The notes beneath the pieces were generated by a model. That model worked only from the letters and a program-made list of their open reading frames with translations, was not told the origin of the DNA and ran no database searches. From contig OZ024749.1 of the NCBI GenBank assembly GCA_964016885.1, forward strand, positions 32,736,001 through 32,800,000: a stretch of 64,000 nt of DNA, read 5' to 3'. Below are positions 26,230 to 40,691 of the stretch, one piece after another (position 1 is the stretch's first letter; each line of letters starts with the position of its first letter). A program made the translations under genes and the position numbers. Source of the stretch: Eledone cirrhosa. Lineage: Eukaryota.

Positions 26230-26880
26230 CTGGGTGGGGTGGGGGGTCAGGTGTTGGTGGTGGGGGGGGGGGGGGGGGGGGGGGGGGAATACATCTGGGT
26301 GGGGTGGGGGTGATATGGTGGTGGTGGGGGGGGGGGGGTAATACATATGGGTGGGGTGGGGGTGATATGGTGGTGGTGGGGGTGATATGGTGGTGGTGGG
26401 GGATTGGGGGGAGAATACATGTGGGTGGGGTGGGGGTGAGATGGTGGTGGAGGGGATTGGTGGGGGTAATACATATGGATGGGGTGGGGGTGAGATGGTG
26501 GTGGTGGTGGGGTATGGGGGGTAATACATCTGGGTGGGGTGGGGGTGAGATGGTGGTGGTGGTGGGGTATGGGGGGTAATACATCTGGGTGAGGTGGGGG
26601 TGAGATGGTGGTGGGGGTGGGATTGGGGGGAATACATATGGGTGGGGGTAGGGGTGAGATGGTGGTGGGGTAATACATCTAGGTGGGGTGGGGGTTCAAT
26701 GGTGGTGGTGGGGTAATGGGGGTGGGGAGTATTTGCAATGTGACCCTGATCACGTAAGCAGCATAGTGAAGGAGAGGGAGGAGGAGGATGAAAGAAGAAG
26801 AAGAAGAAGAAGAAGAAGAAGAAGAAGAAGAAGAAGAAGAAGAAGAAGAAGAAGAAGAAGAAGAAGAAGAAGAAGAAGAT
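26230..26880. repeat. G-rich minisatellite (gggtaatacatctgggtggggtgggggtgagatggtggtg) followed by about 30 GAA units
   Basis: Direct inspection. Confidence 0.9.
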
Positions 26881-26921
26881 GGTGGTGGTGATGGAGCAGA
26901 CTAAATGTTAGTACATTAATA

Positions 26922-27030
26922 GGGAGGATTGGCAGTATCGGTAGAGGGTCGGACGCTATGATTTGACGCACAGAGCTACGGCCCTTGCCATTCTGAGGTC
27001 AAATCCCGCCGAGGTTAACTTTGCTTTTCA
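26922..27030 (+). mobile_element. SINE 5' portion running into (TA)n
   Basis: ggattggcagtatcggtagagggtcggacg...gaggtcaaatcccgccgaggttaactttgc. Confidence 0.8.
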
Positions 27031-27100
27031 TATATGTATATGTATATATATATATGTATATATATGTATATATATATGTATATATATGTATATATATATG

Positions 27101-27188
<88 letters not shown>

Positions 27189-27208
27189 TATGTATATATA
27201 TGTATATA

Positions 27209-27254
<46 letters not shown>

Positions 27255-27286
27255 TATGTATATATATGTATATATATATGTATATA

Positions 27287-27342
<56 letters not shown>

Positions 27343-27364
27343 TATGTATATATATATGTGTATA

Positions 27365-27420
<56 letters not shown>

Positions 27421-27591
27421 TATGTATATATATGTATATATATATGTATATATATATGTATATATATATATATATATAATATATATATATATATATGTAT
27501 ATGTATATAAATGTATATATATATATGTATATATATATACATATATATATATACATATATATATACATATACATATATGTATATATATGTA

Positions 27592-27685
<94 letters not shown>

Positions 27686-28770
27686 AAAGTTTTATTTAAA
27701 ATTGTTGGGTTACAACGAGTAAATATTTTATAACTGATATAAAGCACTCAACAAGTTTTGGAGTAGATATATGATATTAAACAAATGGAAACTATATTTA
27801 TAAAACCATATTTATTTCATTATACATATTTCTGTGTTTTTTTAAGGCCCTAGATACTCTAGGGAGTGATGAAAGTATTCTTAGCGGTTTGATATATTGA
27901 TATCTGTTGTCTATTCTATACATGAACGATAATCATGTATGCGAGGGCAGGAATATTAATATTAATATATATTTTTATCTATGTGTATGTATGTATATAT
28001 ATAGTAAAATCTTTTATAACGCAAAGGAAAATTTTTTCATGTGAAATAAGAAATTACAGAGCTGATCACGTATGTTCACGTGTATATCTATAGTGTCAAC
28101 TAGAACTTGAGATGACCTTCTCTTTTTCTCTTTCTTTCTTTTTTCCGGAAAGTACATATATACTTATGTATTTTTGAAGTTTTATCTCAGGTTTTGATAT
28201 ATCGACCTAAGAATTTTTAAACTAAACATATGGTCATTATTTTTCACACATTATATATCTATGTCTCATTCATGAATATTGATATTTACAGTATAATACC
28301 CAATTCATATGAATTGATAATTCAAAATGATAGGACATAACGTAAAGTTGTAAATCTGTCATCCTTCTCTCTAGATATAGATTTAAGTATCGCTGTTTTC
28401 TCTTTAGTTATTTTTTATCTCTCTCCGTCTTCTTAACACTATATCTAAATAAATAAATAAATAAATAATTACAGTACTCCCTCCCTTATAAATCTCTCAA
28501 TTTGTATGATGAATTATTATTTATTATTCATCTGTTGCCTCAACTGCCTCTCATTTTTCACCTCCTCACTATTTCTCTCTCCCATATCCCTCTCTATCTC
28601 TCTCTGTTTTTCTTTACATACATTTATTCCTTCTCTCCGTCTTTCTTTCTAACTATGCTTAACACTAAATATTTACAAACATTTCACTACCAAACCAACT
28701 TTTTTAAATGAAAGTTGATCAATATTTTTATGGAACGTCAAATTTATTTATAAAACTGCTTATATATTGT

Positions 28771-28835
28771 ATTTTATCTGAAGAAGGCATGCCATATTTT
28801 TTAATATGGTATCCCTGAAATATGTATAATGAAAT
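28771..28835 (+). ncRNA. Minimal type I hammerhead ribozyme (Penelope-like terminal repeat)
   Basis: ATTTTAT-CTGAAGA-AGG..CCT-GAAA-TATGTA-TA-ATGAAAT. Confidence 0.7.
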
Positions 28836-28873
28836 AAATATGGTTTTATAAATATAGTTTCCATTTGTTTAAT

Positions 28874-28963
<90 letters not shown>

Positions 28964-28968
28964 TATAC

Positions 28969-29173
<205 letters not shown>

Positions 29174-29334
29174 TATATATATATATTCAAATAACAGATT
29201 AAAGTTTAACCAAAGAATCGCTGCTTAAAATTTAATAATAAATCTATAATAATTAAACTATAATCGGTGCTTATTTTATCGTTATCGAGCCCTCTTCGGA
29301 CTTTAGTCTTCACATTTATTATTATTACTATAAT

Positions 29335-29512
29335 TAGTTACGTCCCTTTACGATCTGAGTTCAAATCCCGCCGAGGTTAACTTTGCTTTTCATTCATACG
29401 GGGTCGATAAAATAAAGTACCAGTAATGGACTGGTTAATTGCTGGCCTTGTGCCTAAAGTATTTACATAATGTAAATGGGCCACAACACCAAACACCACA
29501 AGGCAAATAGTC
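29335..29512 (+). mobile_element. SINE copy with non-SINE 3' extension shared with 39723-39900
   Basis: Core plus cctaaagt followed by atttacataatgtaaatgggcca.aacaccaaacaccacaaggcaaatagtcc. Confidence 0.8.
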
Positions 29513-29952
29513 CATTGGTCAGTTTTGAGAGCATTCCTCAGTCAGAATGCTCTCAAAATTGACCAATGGGAAGTTTGACATTTTTTTGTTATTTTGTTCC
29601 TTTACCACCTTGTTCCTTCTACCACTTTATCAATTTTTTAAGCTAACTCCAACAATAACAACACTACCAACACAAGAATTGAGGTCAGATGTACCTAACA
29701 ATAACAACAACAACAACTACAGATTGGCTTGCCTCAGAACGAATTTCTATAGACTTTTGAATGAGGAATGTTCTAACAACTGACCAATGAGAGGAGAAGA
29801 GGCCCTTTGACACTAAAATTCGTTTGTTTGAATTCATATGATTCCAGTTCCTCAGTGAAATAACAACCCAACCAGGAACTGGGCATATCAGAGTATTGAC
29901 AAAATTATACACCTCAACAACATATGTACTTGTCTATACCACACTAATTCGG

Positions 29953-30007
29953 ACTGCCTGAAGAGGTCACAGCCAAAGATGGCTGTCACCGAAATATATA
30001 TAGCAGT
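29953..30007 (+). ncRNA. Minimal type I hammerhead ribozyme
   Basis: ACTGC-CTGAAGA-GGT.ACAGCCA..TGGCTGT.ACC-GAAA-TATATA-TA-GCAGT, followed by AATAAA. Confidence 0.8.
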
Positions 30008-30150
30008 AATAAACGAAGCTAAATTTTAAACATTTGACTTATTTATTTTACTTTATTTTTCATTACTCCGGAGTAACCAAACCAACCTGCGCACTTCGTC
30101 GAGTGCTCCAGCCTGCATACTGAGGTGTTGGTATACAACCAACATATACT

Positions 30151-30221
<71 letters not shown>

Positions 30222-30401
30222 CATATATATACACCTATGTATAAAAGAGGATGAGAAACTACCGCGTGCGTGTCAGTGCATGTGTGTGTGTGTGTGTGTA
30301 TGTGTACGTGTGCGTGTATCTGTGTACATGCGTGTGTGTGTATGCGCACATGCGTTCGTTAGCGTATTTATTCGACCTTTATTTGACACACAAAACTTAT
30401 G

Positions 30402-30463
<62 letters not shown>

Positions 30464-30874
30464 CTTTGGAAAATAACAACCACGCAGCGGCCATTTTGTT
30501 TGTGTTACTTCCGATATCAAAGATTTTGGAAAACACAATTGGAAAACAATTTATTCTCGTTTTTTTGTGTAACTGCAGTATCAATGTTATATGTTCTGCT
30601 TAAGATGCAACAGGTTTTCAATAAAGGAGATTGCAGATCGATATAAGGAGAAAAAATATTCCCATAGATGCAAAATACAGATTACAACCCGAAGATTGTA
30701 TTTCAATGATAATTTCTAACCAATAAAAAACGTCTTTATTTTCTCCTTCATTTCTATTCTATGTGAGGTGGCGAATGATATGAAAGTCGAAAAAAAAAAC
30801 GATTCTCCTTTTTCCTATAAAGTTGTAGACGGTGACAAATTGGTGTGTATGTGTGTGTGTGGATGTGTGTGTGC

Positions 30875-30913
<39 letters not shown>

Positions 30914-31262
30914 ACATTCTCGCCTTGGACCATAACAATTTATTTATTTCTGATGAAGTGCAATAATTTATTACGAAATGCATACGATTGAGCATGGGAT
31001 TATGCAGTCAGCGCATGTAGACGGTTATTGCACAGAAACATCTGCTAAAGAATTAACTCTCAATAAATTTCTCCTTCTGGCAAATTCTTCCTGCCTAGTT
31101 ATTCCTAGTTATTCCTGTTTTACACATATATATATGTGTGTGTGTGTGTGTGTGTATAATGCCAACCCAGATGAGGAGCCAGCTGCTTGAGAAACATTTG
31201 TAACCAGGATTAAGCAATAAATCTCCTATGTAACACCTCTACTTTGTTGTTCTTATTATTAT

Positions 31263-31465
31263 GGTGGATTGGCAGTATCGGTAGAGGGTCGAACGCTTTG
31301 CTTTGATGCATAGAGTTACGGCCCTTGACATTCTGAGTTCGAATCCCGCCGAGGTTAAATTTGCCTTTCATCCTTACGGGGTCGATAAAATAAAGTACCA
31401 GTAATGCACTGGTTAATTGGTGGCTTTGTGCCAAAAAGTAGAAACAATTATTATTATTATTATTA
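31263..31465 (+). mobile_element. Full-length SINE with (TTA)n tail
   Basis: A box tggcagtatcgg, B box gagttcgaatccc, core, then gtagaaacaattattatta. Confidence 0.9.
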
Positions 31466-32058
31466 TATAGATAGATAGATAGATATAGATATATGTACAA
31501 ATATTGATATACATATATATATGAATATATATATATATATGTCTGTATGTCTCTGTGTGTGTGTATGTGTGTGTGTATTTATATATATGTGTGTGTGTAT
31601 TTTATGTTCGATCTGAATTCTGTCATAAAACTTTGTATTGTTATTTTTGCCGAATCAAAGTGTGCTTTCTACTTTCATTTACTTAAATAATGTTAATAAT
31701 GCATTTTTCTAGCTACAAGGGCCCAACTTTACTAGGTATACATGTGACAGTTGATGAGATACAAAGGTCACATTTTATTAGGTGCAAAGGTCTCATTTTA
31801 CTTGGTACAAAGTTCAGGTTTTACTAATTTACACGGTTCATATTTTCTGTAGGAAGAAAAGAAAAGGTTGCGACCTGAGATGCTTTTTAACCAATCAAAT
31901 AAAGTAGCAAGACTCTATGTCAGTTGTTCCCAACCATTTCATTACCAGGGACACCTTTTCATTTAAATAAAGTTTCCCATGGACACTCCACGCTACGTAT
32001 AGTCCATTTTTGGATTGTTATACAGCCAAACTTAAAATTGAAAAAGATAAATATTTAT

Positions 32059-32208
32059 AATTAGAATTGGTGCTCTGAACTAGCTATATATATATATGAA
32101 TGTATATACAGTGTATTTTGCAATACAGTGTAAGCATACAGTGTATTGCAAAATGCACTATATATACATTCATATATATATAGCTATTTCAGAGCACCAA
32201 TTCTAATT
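32059..32208. repeat. About 150-bp imperfect palindrome
   Basis: aattagaattggtgctctgaa...ttcagagcaccaattctaatt. Confidence 0.8.
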
Positions 32209-32549
32209 TTCAATTTCTGCTTGACCGGCAACCGCTCTGTATAATCAGTTCCTGATTATTTACTAGAATTCTATAAGAACCAAACATCCATGATTTCAGC
32301 AAACAGGAGGAGTAGTTGGCTTTGATAAGCATCAATAAATGCGAAACAAGGCCTTGTCAGCTTTATCTCCCATGTTTGCTGAAAATTAAAGTAAGTGAGT
32401 CTGTCACTACTATAAAACAATAGCATAATGTCTTCGAAATGCTTTTAATTAAGCATACAGTGTATTGCAAAATACACTATATATAAATATTTATATTTAT
32501 AGAAGAATGGATGTGCCCCAAAAATGTTCATATTTCTGTTTTTAATATA

Positions 32550-32721
32550 TACCGTATTTCCCGGCGCTGAAAACGCTTCGTCCTCGAAGACGCACTCTAA
32601 TTTTGACAACCAAACATTTTTTTTTAAATAATAAACAACCTTCGGCCTCCAGGACCCATGGTAGATTTTTGAGACTTATTTTAGGAAAAAAGCAGCGTCT
32701 TCGATGCCGGGAAATACGGTA
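32550..32721. mobile_element. pogo/Tigger-like MITE
   Basis: TA-CCGTATTTCCCGGC ... GCCGGGAAATACGG-TA. Confidence 0.85.
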
Positions 32722-33581
32722 GTTGAAATTATTTTAACTTAGCTCAAAGACCCCGGGTTTGAAACAGTTGTTTTCTATATATATATATATATGTGTGTGT
32801 TGGACCTCCGTCGGTTCCGACAATGAGTGTTCCAGTTGTTCGGACAACGGAACAACCGCCAACCCATGAAATTAATGAGCAGATGGTTGAACATTCTACA
32901 GGCATGTGTACTTTACAACGTAAAGTACACATGATACGTGTATGGCGAGACCGGCCCTTTGATTTACAAAAACACGTACAACTCATTATATATTTTTTTC
33001 AGTTGAGTGTGTTGGAGCAACATGAAATAAAGAGTCTTGCTCAAAGACATGACGCATCGGCGTCAGTCCGGGAATCGATCTCACGGCCTTACTATTGGCA
33101 GCTGAACTCTTTAACCCCTAAGCTACACCATTTCAAGGATGTTCGTGTACATATGCACACACTACAAGAATATTTATGAGGAGTAAAAACAAAACTAAAA
33201 CAAAGAACCCAATAAGAATACGAATTGAACGAAGTCAGAGAAAATTCTTCGGCCACGATAAAAGATAATTATAGGAAAAAAACCCTTGTGTGAGATATGG
33301 CTGACATTCCACTAAATTTCTGAGGAATTTAAGGTCAAGTTGTCTTTAGAGTATTGTGACGTAACAAAAGGTTTCATTTGCTCAAATCCCCTGTGCTATA
33401 TAAATGTTAAATATGGTTGTACATATATATATGTGTATGTATATGTGTATATATATATATGTGTATATATATATGTATATATATATATGTGTGTGTGTGT
33501 ATATATATATATATACATATGTGTATATATATGTGTATATATGTATATATATATATATATATGTGTATATATGTATATATG

Positions 33582-33615
<34 letters not shown>

Positions 33616-33790
33616 TGTACATATATATACATGTGTATATATATGTGTATATATATGTGTATATATATATGTATATATATGTGTGCGTGTGTGTATATAT
33701 ATATACATATACATATATGTATATACATATACATATATGTATATACATATATGTATATACATACACACACACACCACACACGCACACACT

Positions 33791-33846
<56 letters not shown>

Positions 33847-34094
33847 AGAGTCCTAGGCAGCTGGCAATGCGTACGTGCTTCGATGTGCGTAGAAGTACGT
33901 GTGCGTCTGTGTGTGAGTGTGCGTGTGCATCTGTGTGCGCGTCTGTGTGTGAGTGTGTGTATGTGTTTGTATGTATGTATGTATGTATGTGTGTATGTGT
34001 GTATGTGTGTGTATGTAGGTATGTATTGGGAAGAGTTAAATACCCATATAAAGATCTACTTGTGATTAAATGTAGCATTACGAAAATAACATGG

Positions 34095-34256
34095 ATGCTG
34101 CGTAGCCGAATAGTTAGGAAGTTCGCCTTGCAATTATTAAGTCCTGGGTTCGATCCCACTGCATGGCATTTTAGGCAAGTATAAGTTACTATAGCCTCAT
34201 GTCAACCTATGGTTTGTGAGTGAAATAGGGTAGACAGAAACTGTTTGGAAGCCTGT
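34095..34256 (+). mobile_element. Second tRNA-derived SINE family (old copy)
   Basis: B box gggttcgatcccactgc and the tail gtagacagaaactg..ggaagcc; reverse copies at about 41770-42120 and 20645-20930. Confidence 0.65.
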
Positions 34257-34892
34257 TGGAGATGAACTGAATATGTAACTGAAAGGACTGTTCCGTTGAT
34301 TGAATCAACTGAATCACTTATCGTCGAAACCGACGGAAGACCAACATCTTGTAATAATTCCAAAAGCCAACCTTGCCACACACTTTGCCACGTCGAACTT
34401 CCTTGGGAGTTACGTTAAGGGTACACGTGTTTATGGAAGGCTCAGCCGCTTAAACGTTAATTTCATGAGCAAGCTATTCCGATGATCTAATAATTGAAAC
34501 ACTCATCGCTGAAACTAACGGAGATCCATTCCATTGAACTAAATATATTTGATAGCACTGACCCAGATCGCAACAATCGAAGCTGGTTGAAACCAGTAAA
34601 CGAGTAAAATTGATAAAAAAAACGAGTTTCTAAAGAACAAGGTGGAATTATGTAACATTAACTAGCAAGGTCAGGGCGCCAATCAAATGATACATGTGCA
34701 TGTATATATGTATATATATAGTGATATATATATATATATATATATATAGTGAGATATATATATAGCGATATATATATATATATTATATATATATATATAT
34801 CACTGTATATATATCTCACTTTATATATATCTCACTTTATATATATCTCACTATATATATATCTCACTATATATATATAACTATATATAAAC

Positions 34893-34956
<64 letters not shown>

Positions 34957-35087
34957 ATGTATGTATGTAATGTATGTATATATATAGTGAGCGAGTGAGA
35001 GAGATTCAGTCGACTTTGTTCCTTATACAACGTAATCTTCTGATATATATAGCTACAAAATGATTGTGTGACCCTCATATGCACCCG

Positions 35088-35121
<34 letters not shown>

Positions 35122-35227
35122 TGTGTGTATGTATGTATGTAAAAATAAATAAAAAATTAAAAAGTATATATAAAAGTGTAAAAGTATATACAGGTGGCAG
35201 ACGCAAACACGCGTACATACTATTTAG

Positions 35228-35752
35228 ATGGCCGTTGACCCTGCTTAGTTCCTCCGCCCTATTCCGGGTCTTGTATTTCATACCGCAAGGATAATATCAC
35301 CCTCCTCACCAAGCAAGCTTGGTGGGCTTGCCGGTTTTGTCACCGACGACCCGACCATGGGACAGTTGTACTGGGTTACTTGTTACCAGTAGCACTCGAG
35401 AGCGACCTGACAATTGGTGTGCATTAAGTGTGGAAAGGTGTGCTTGGAGAAAATCTGGATTCAAGAGCCACAGTCGCAGCCATGTTCAGAGAGAACCAGT
35501 GAACTATGATCTCCGCCGTTTTGCAAGATGTAATGAATATGGCAAAAAATATCGATCTGTAGCAGAACTGAAGCGGCATGTGAAGGTTCACAGGAAACCT
35601 GATGCAAAACCTGATGCCAAGGAGAATCATAGTTGTCGTCAATCTTCCAAGGAGTACAAGTTTCTAGCAGGCTTGAAAAGCCATGTCCGAACTTCGCACA
35701 TGTGAATTTGACAAACAATTGCAATACTCTTGGCCTGAGTTGGCAGCCATCA
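35228..35752. mobile_element. Rearranged RTE-like element: 5'UTR on - strand (35228-35411) joined to zinc-finger-encoding 3' end on + strand
   Basis: The 5'UTR is homologous to 60060-60244. The 3' part encodes degenerate C2H2 fingers (SVAELKRHVKVH, LAGLKSHVRTSH) and ends gagttggcagccatcat like the 57521 and 59637 ends. Confidence 0.7.
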
Positions 35753-35759
35753 TTTGTAT

Positions 35760-36098
35760 AAGAGCGTGAAATTAATAAACATTCGTTGTACTGCCTCTCT
35801 GTTTTGTTCCTGTTCAAATTTTCCATTATATATAATACACGCTCACACGGCTTCCATTCCTTTGGAATATAACTTAACTACCGGCTCAACCCCGATCTAA
35901 TCCGCCGTGACCACTCTCTGAACTTTACACACCTTCCCACACTTGTTCTTTCCTTCCACTCTCTTCCCACACACTTTTCACCTGAAGAAGGGCTTATGCC
36001 CGAAACGTCGTTCCCCACCACCACCCCACTCTCAAGAGCGTGAAATTAATAAACATTCGTTGTACTGCCTCTCTGTTTTGTTCCTGTTCAAATTTTCC

Positions 36099-36105
<7 letters not shown>
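35760..36105 (+). mobile_element. Penelope-like partial tandem terminal repeat with degenerate hammerhead
   Basis: An approximately 70-bp tail is duplicated (35760-35832, 36034-36105, also near 37880); CTGAAGA-AGGGCTTATGCCC-GAAACGTC at 35982-36009. Confidence 0.65.
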
Positions 36106-36159
<54 letters not shown>

Positions 36160-36294
36160 AAAGTTATATTTAAATTGTTGGGTTACAACTAGTAAATATT
36201 TATAACTGATATAAAAGCACTCAACTTGTTCAAATACAAGTCAATGTTGAACGGTATGTCAAATCTATTTTATCTATAAAACTGTCTATATTGT

Positions 36295-36358
36295 ATTTTG
36301 TCTGAAGAAGGCATAACATATTGTTAATATGATATCCCTGAAATATATATAATGAAAT
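36295..36358 (+). ncRNA. Minimal type I hammerhead ribozyme
   Basis: ATTTTGT-CTGAAGA-AGG..CCT-GAAA-TATATA-TA-ATGAAAT; same family as 28771. Confidence 0.7.
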
Positions 36359-36399
36359 AAATATGGTTTTATAAATATAATTTCCATTTATTTAATATC

Positions 36400-36460
<61 letters not shown>

Positions 36461-36667
36461 AGGGTACCAAGGATGGATAAAATAATGTTCCCAAGATCAT
36501 CTAAAGTGGTTGGATTGATGCTATGGAACCAATACATTGCATAATCGTTAAACCCTTCAAAACGTCTGTACTGGAAAATTTCGGAATGAGCAGTTTCTTA
36601 AAGCCGGATTTATTGTATACACACACACACACACACACATATATATATTTATATATATATATATGTA

Positions 36668-36725
<58 letters not shown>

Positions 36726-36914
36726 TATACACAAAATAACAACAAAGGTAGGCACTGAGGAGGACACAGTATGTGTGACGAAAGAGCTTTGATTATTAAA
36801 CTAACCCACTGGAAAGATATAATAATGTACTGAAGTGAAAGCCAAATGGGTCGTGTTTTTCATTGGGAATCTGACCCTTCAATATATATATGTATATACA
36901 CATATATATATATA

Positions 36915-36960
<46 letters not shown>

Positions 36961-36993
36961 TATATATATACACATATATATATATATATATAT

Positions 36994-37060
<67 letters not shown>

Positions 37061-37089
37061 TGTATATATATATATATATATATATATAA

Positions 37090-37208
<119 letters not shown>

Positions 37209-37221
37209 TATATAAGTATAT

Positions 37222-37374
<153 letters not shown>

Positions 37375-37503
37375 ATATATGAATGAATTAAGGTAAAAGA
37401 CAAATTGTCAGCGCTATCTTTTACATTCTATATCCAAACCTGCATTGTTCTGGCCTTCTAACTTCAAACGTTTATACCTCACTACACAATGCTTCAAGTA
37501 AAC

Positions 37504-37553
<50 letters not shown>

Positions 37554-38002
37554 ATTAAATAAATGGAAACTATATTTATAAAACCATATTTATTTCATTA
37601 TATATATTTCAGGGATATCATATTAACAATATGTTATGCCTTCTTGGTTATATTGTTAATATGATATCCCTGAAATATATATAATGAAATAAATATGGCT
37701 TTATAAATATAGTTTCCATTTATTTAATATCATAAATATACTCCAAATACTTGTTGAGTGCTTTTATATCAGTTATAAATATTTACTCGTTGTTAACCCA
37801 ACAATTTAAATATAACTTTCCATATATATATATATATATATATAAGTATATATATATATATATAAGTATCACCCCACTCTCAAGAGCGTGAAATTAATAA
37901 ATCCTTGTTCGTACTGCCTCTCTGTTTTGTTCCCGTTCAATTTTTCACTATATATATATATATAAGTATATATATATATATATTTATACATATATACATA
38001 TA

Positions 38003-38107
<105 letters not shown>

Positions 38108-38173
38108 GTTATTCCGGGTTGAATCGGAGGTAACCACAGTAAGTAAGGTACTCAATACATAGCAGAGTATAAA

Positions 38174-38304
38174 AGTTTTAATATAGATGAGATTCTACAG
38201 GACTAGAACTGTTTCATTCATTAGAAATCATCAGGAATCTCATTCCTGATGATTTCTAATGAATGAAACAGTTCTAGTCCTGTAGAATCTCATCTATATT
38301 AAAA

Positions 38305-38307
<3 letters not shown>
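38174..38307. ncRNA. Palindrome made of two back-to-back type I hammerheads (+ 38242-38288; - 38192-38238)
   Basis: ATTC-CTGATGA-TTTCTAATGAAT-GAAA-CAG..CTG-TA-GAAT and its exact reverse complement. Confidence 0.7.
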
Positions 38308-38383
<76 letters not shown>

Positions 38384-38385
38384 TT

Positions 38386-38452
<67 letters not shown>

Positions 38453-38469
38453 TATATATATATATATTT

Positions 38470-38554
<85 letters not shown>

Positions 38555-38588
38555 TATATATATATATATTTATACATATATACATATA

Positions 38589-38645
<57 letters not shown>

Positions 38646-38845
38646 ATAATAATAAATTTGAAGACTAAAATCCAAAGAGGGCTCGATAAGAATAAATATA
38701 TATCAAATATATAAGAACCGTAGAGCAAATATTTATTAAAATAACAGATAAAGTTTCAGAAGATCCCGTTAAGGGTGAAAGCAGCGATTCTTTGCTTAAA
38801 CTTTAATCTGTTATTTTAATAAATATATATATATATATGTATATA

Positions 38846-38926
<81 letters not shown>

Positions 38927-39010
38927 GTATGTATATATATGTATATATATGTGTATATATATATATGTATATATATGTATATATATGTATATATATATAT
39001 ATATATATTT

Positions 39011-39049
<39 letters not shown>

Positions 39050-39068
39050 AGTATATATATATATATTT

Positions 39069-39183
<115 letters not shown>

Positions 39184-39389
39184 ACATATATATTACGTAT
39201 ATGTATTTGCAAGATTCTTGATGTAAAATTGTGTTGAAACCGATATTGTTATATCTGGGGACTGTCAAATTATCAGTATTGCTATAAAAAAAAAAGCGCT
39301 AGGGTTTAAATGCCCAATATTGACCATATTTCCAGATAGTAAGAGGGATTAAATTTGTGACCTAGTCTTCAGGTGCCTGAAGACTAGCT

Positions 39390-39458
<69 letters not shown>

Positions 39459-39677
39459 AACTCCGTCGACTCCGACAACGAGTTTTCCATACATATACAG
39501 AGGCATACAAAGAACAATCGACCCGAGCAGGATTGTGACACATCTTGTTAAGTAATAGAGGTCTGTATGAAGATATATATGTTTAATATTATGTATAATA
39601 AACATATATAAGCCTCGCTATGAATGTTTTAAGTAGTGATCATGACTCAGCTATCTCAGTGGCTGTGTGAGTGCTTG

Positions 39678-39900
39678 AATTGGTAGTATCGGTAGAGGGT
39701 CGGACGCCATGCTTTCCAGCATAGTTACGTCCCTTTACGATCTGAGTTCAAATCCCGCCGAGGTTGACTTTGCCTTTCATCCTTACGGGGTCGATAAAAT
39801 AAAGTGCCAGTAATGCACTGGGTAATTGCTGGCCTTGTGCCTAAAGTATTTACATAATGTAAATGGGCCAGAACACCAAACACCACAAGGCAAATAGTCC
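39678..39900 (+). mobile_element. SINE with shared 3' extension
   Basis: See 29335-29512. Confidence 0.8.
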
Positions 39901-40186
39901 GGTGCTTTATCATTCCATTACATGTTACATTTGAATTCGAGATAAAGATATACGAAATGAAGTACTATCATACACTTATTCTAAAGATCGATATTCTGAT
40001 GTTTCTGTCATTCAGTCAATTTTAAATATAGATTTACCCGCAGCATGACCGAATAGTTAAAAAATTCGCTTAGTAATAATAAAATCCAGACTTTGACCAA
40101 ATATTAAGTACATTTGAAATATTAATAAAACTTCATTTTAATTTTAATCATCAACTGTGTTTTTGTCTTTGTTTAGTTGAGGTTAA

Positions 40187-40262
<76 letters not shown>

Positions 40263-40265
40263 CTA

Positions 40266-40371
40266 TAGAGGGTGTCCAAAAAATGTATACACTCTTTGAT
40301 TAACCTGTGCAAGTAATATTTATTAGAATGCTGGTGAAGTTTGTATACATTTTGGGGGGACACCCTCTGTA
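40266..40371. mobile_element. Tc1/mariner-type MITE (copy 2)
   Basis: Homologous to 22492-22594. Confidence 0.75.
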
Positions 40372-40653
40372 CATATATATATGTGTGTTTGTGTATTTGT
40401 ATATTTTATTTTATTTTCCGTATCCGTTCCGGCATGTATGGACGACCTGTAATTTCCTTTTATTCAACTAGTGGGTGTAAGGATTTCCGAGAGAATTTAA
40501 CGATTTGTAATCCTCCGACTTTTTGTTCAATTCACTAGAAAGAAATATGACACAAAATAATCTCATGAATCGACCGAACAAAGACAACAAATATTGACAA
40601 ACTTTGTTGTTTGAAAAAAAGAAAAATGGAAAGAAACAGCAGACGACAGTAAA

Positions 40654-40691
40654 AACTTCCTGAATCCGCCATTAAATGTCACGTGACGTCA
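40654..40691. promoter_or_regulatory. Motif cluster: ETS (ACTTCCTG), YY1-like (CCGCCATT), GTCACGTGAC E-box overlapping CRE TGACGTCA
   Basis: Four consensus-like motifs within 40 bp of unique CpG-retaining sequence; no linked gene identified. Confidence 0.4.

Noticed and set aside
24911-27747. Long HT/YI/CV/poly-P/poly-R ORFs (also 33340-34184, 36796-39268, 42720-43484, 45193-45891, 58448-60584)
   Set aside because: Stop-free frames of microsatellites with no coding signal.
31263-31350. tRNA gene (A and B boxes)
   Set aside because: No cloverleaf; it is the tRNA-derived head of a multi-copy SINE.
35319-35705. C2H2 zinc-finger host gene
   Set aside because: The fingers are degenerate, the ORF is chimeric with an inverted retroelement UTR, and it ends in the same terminus as the RTE-like copies.
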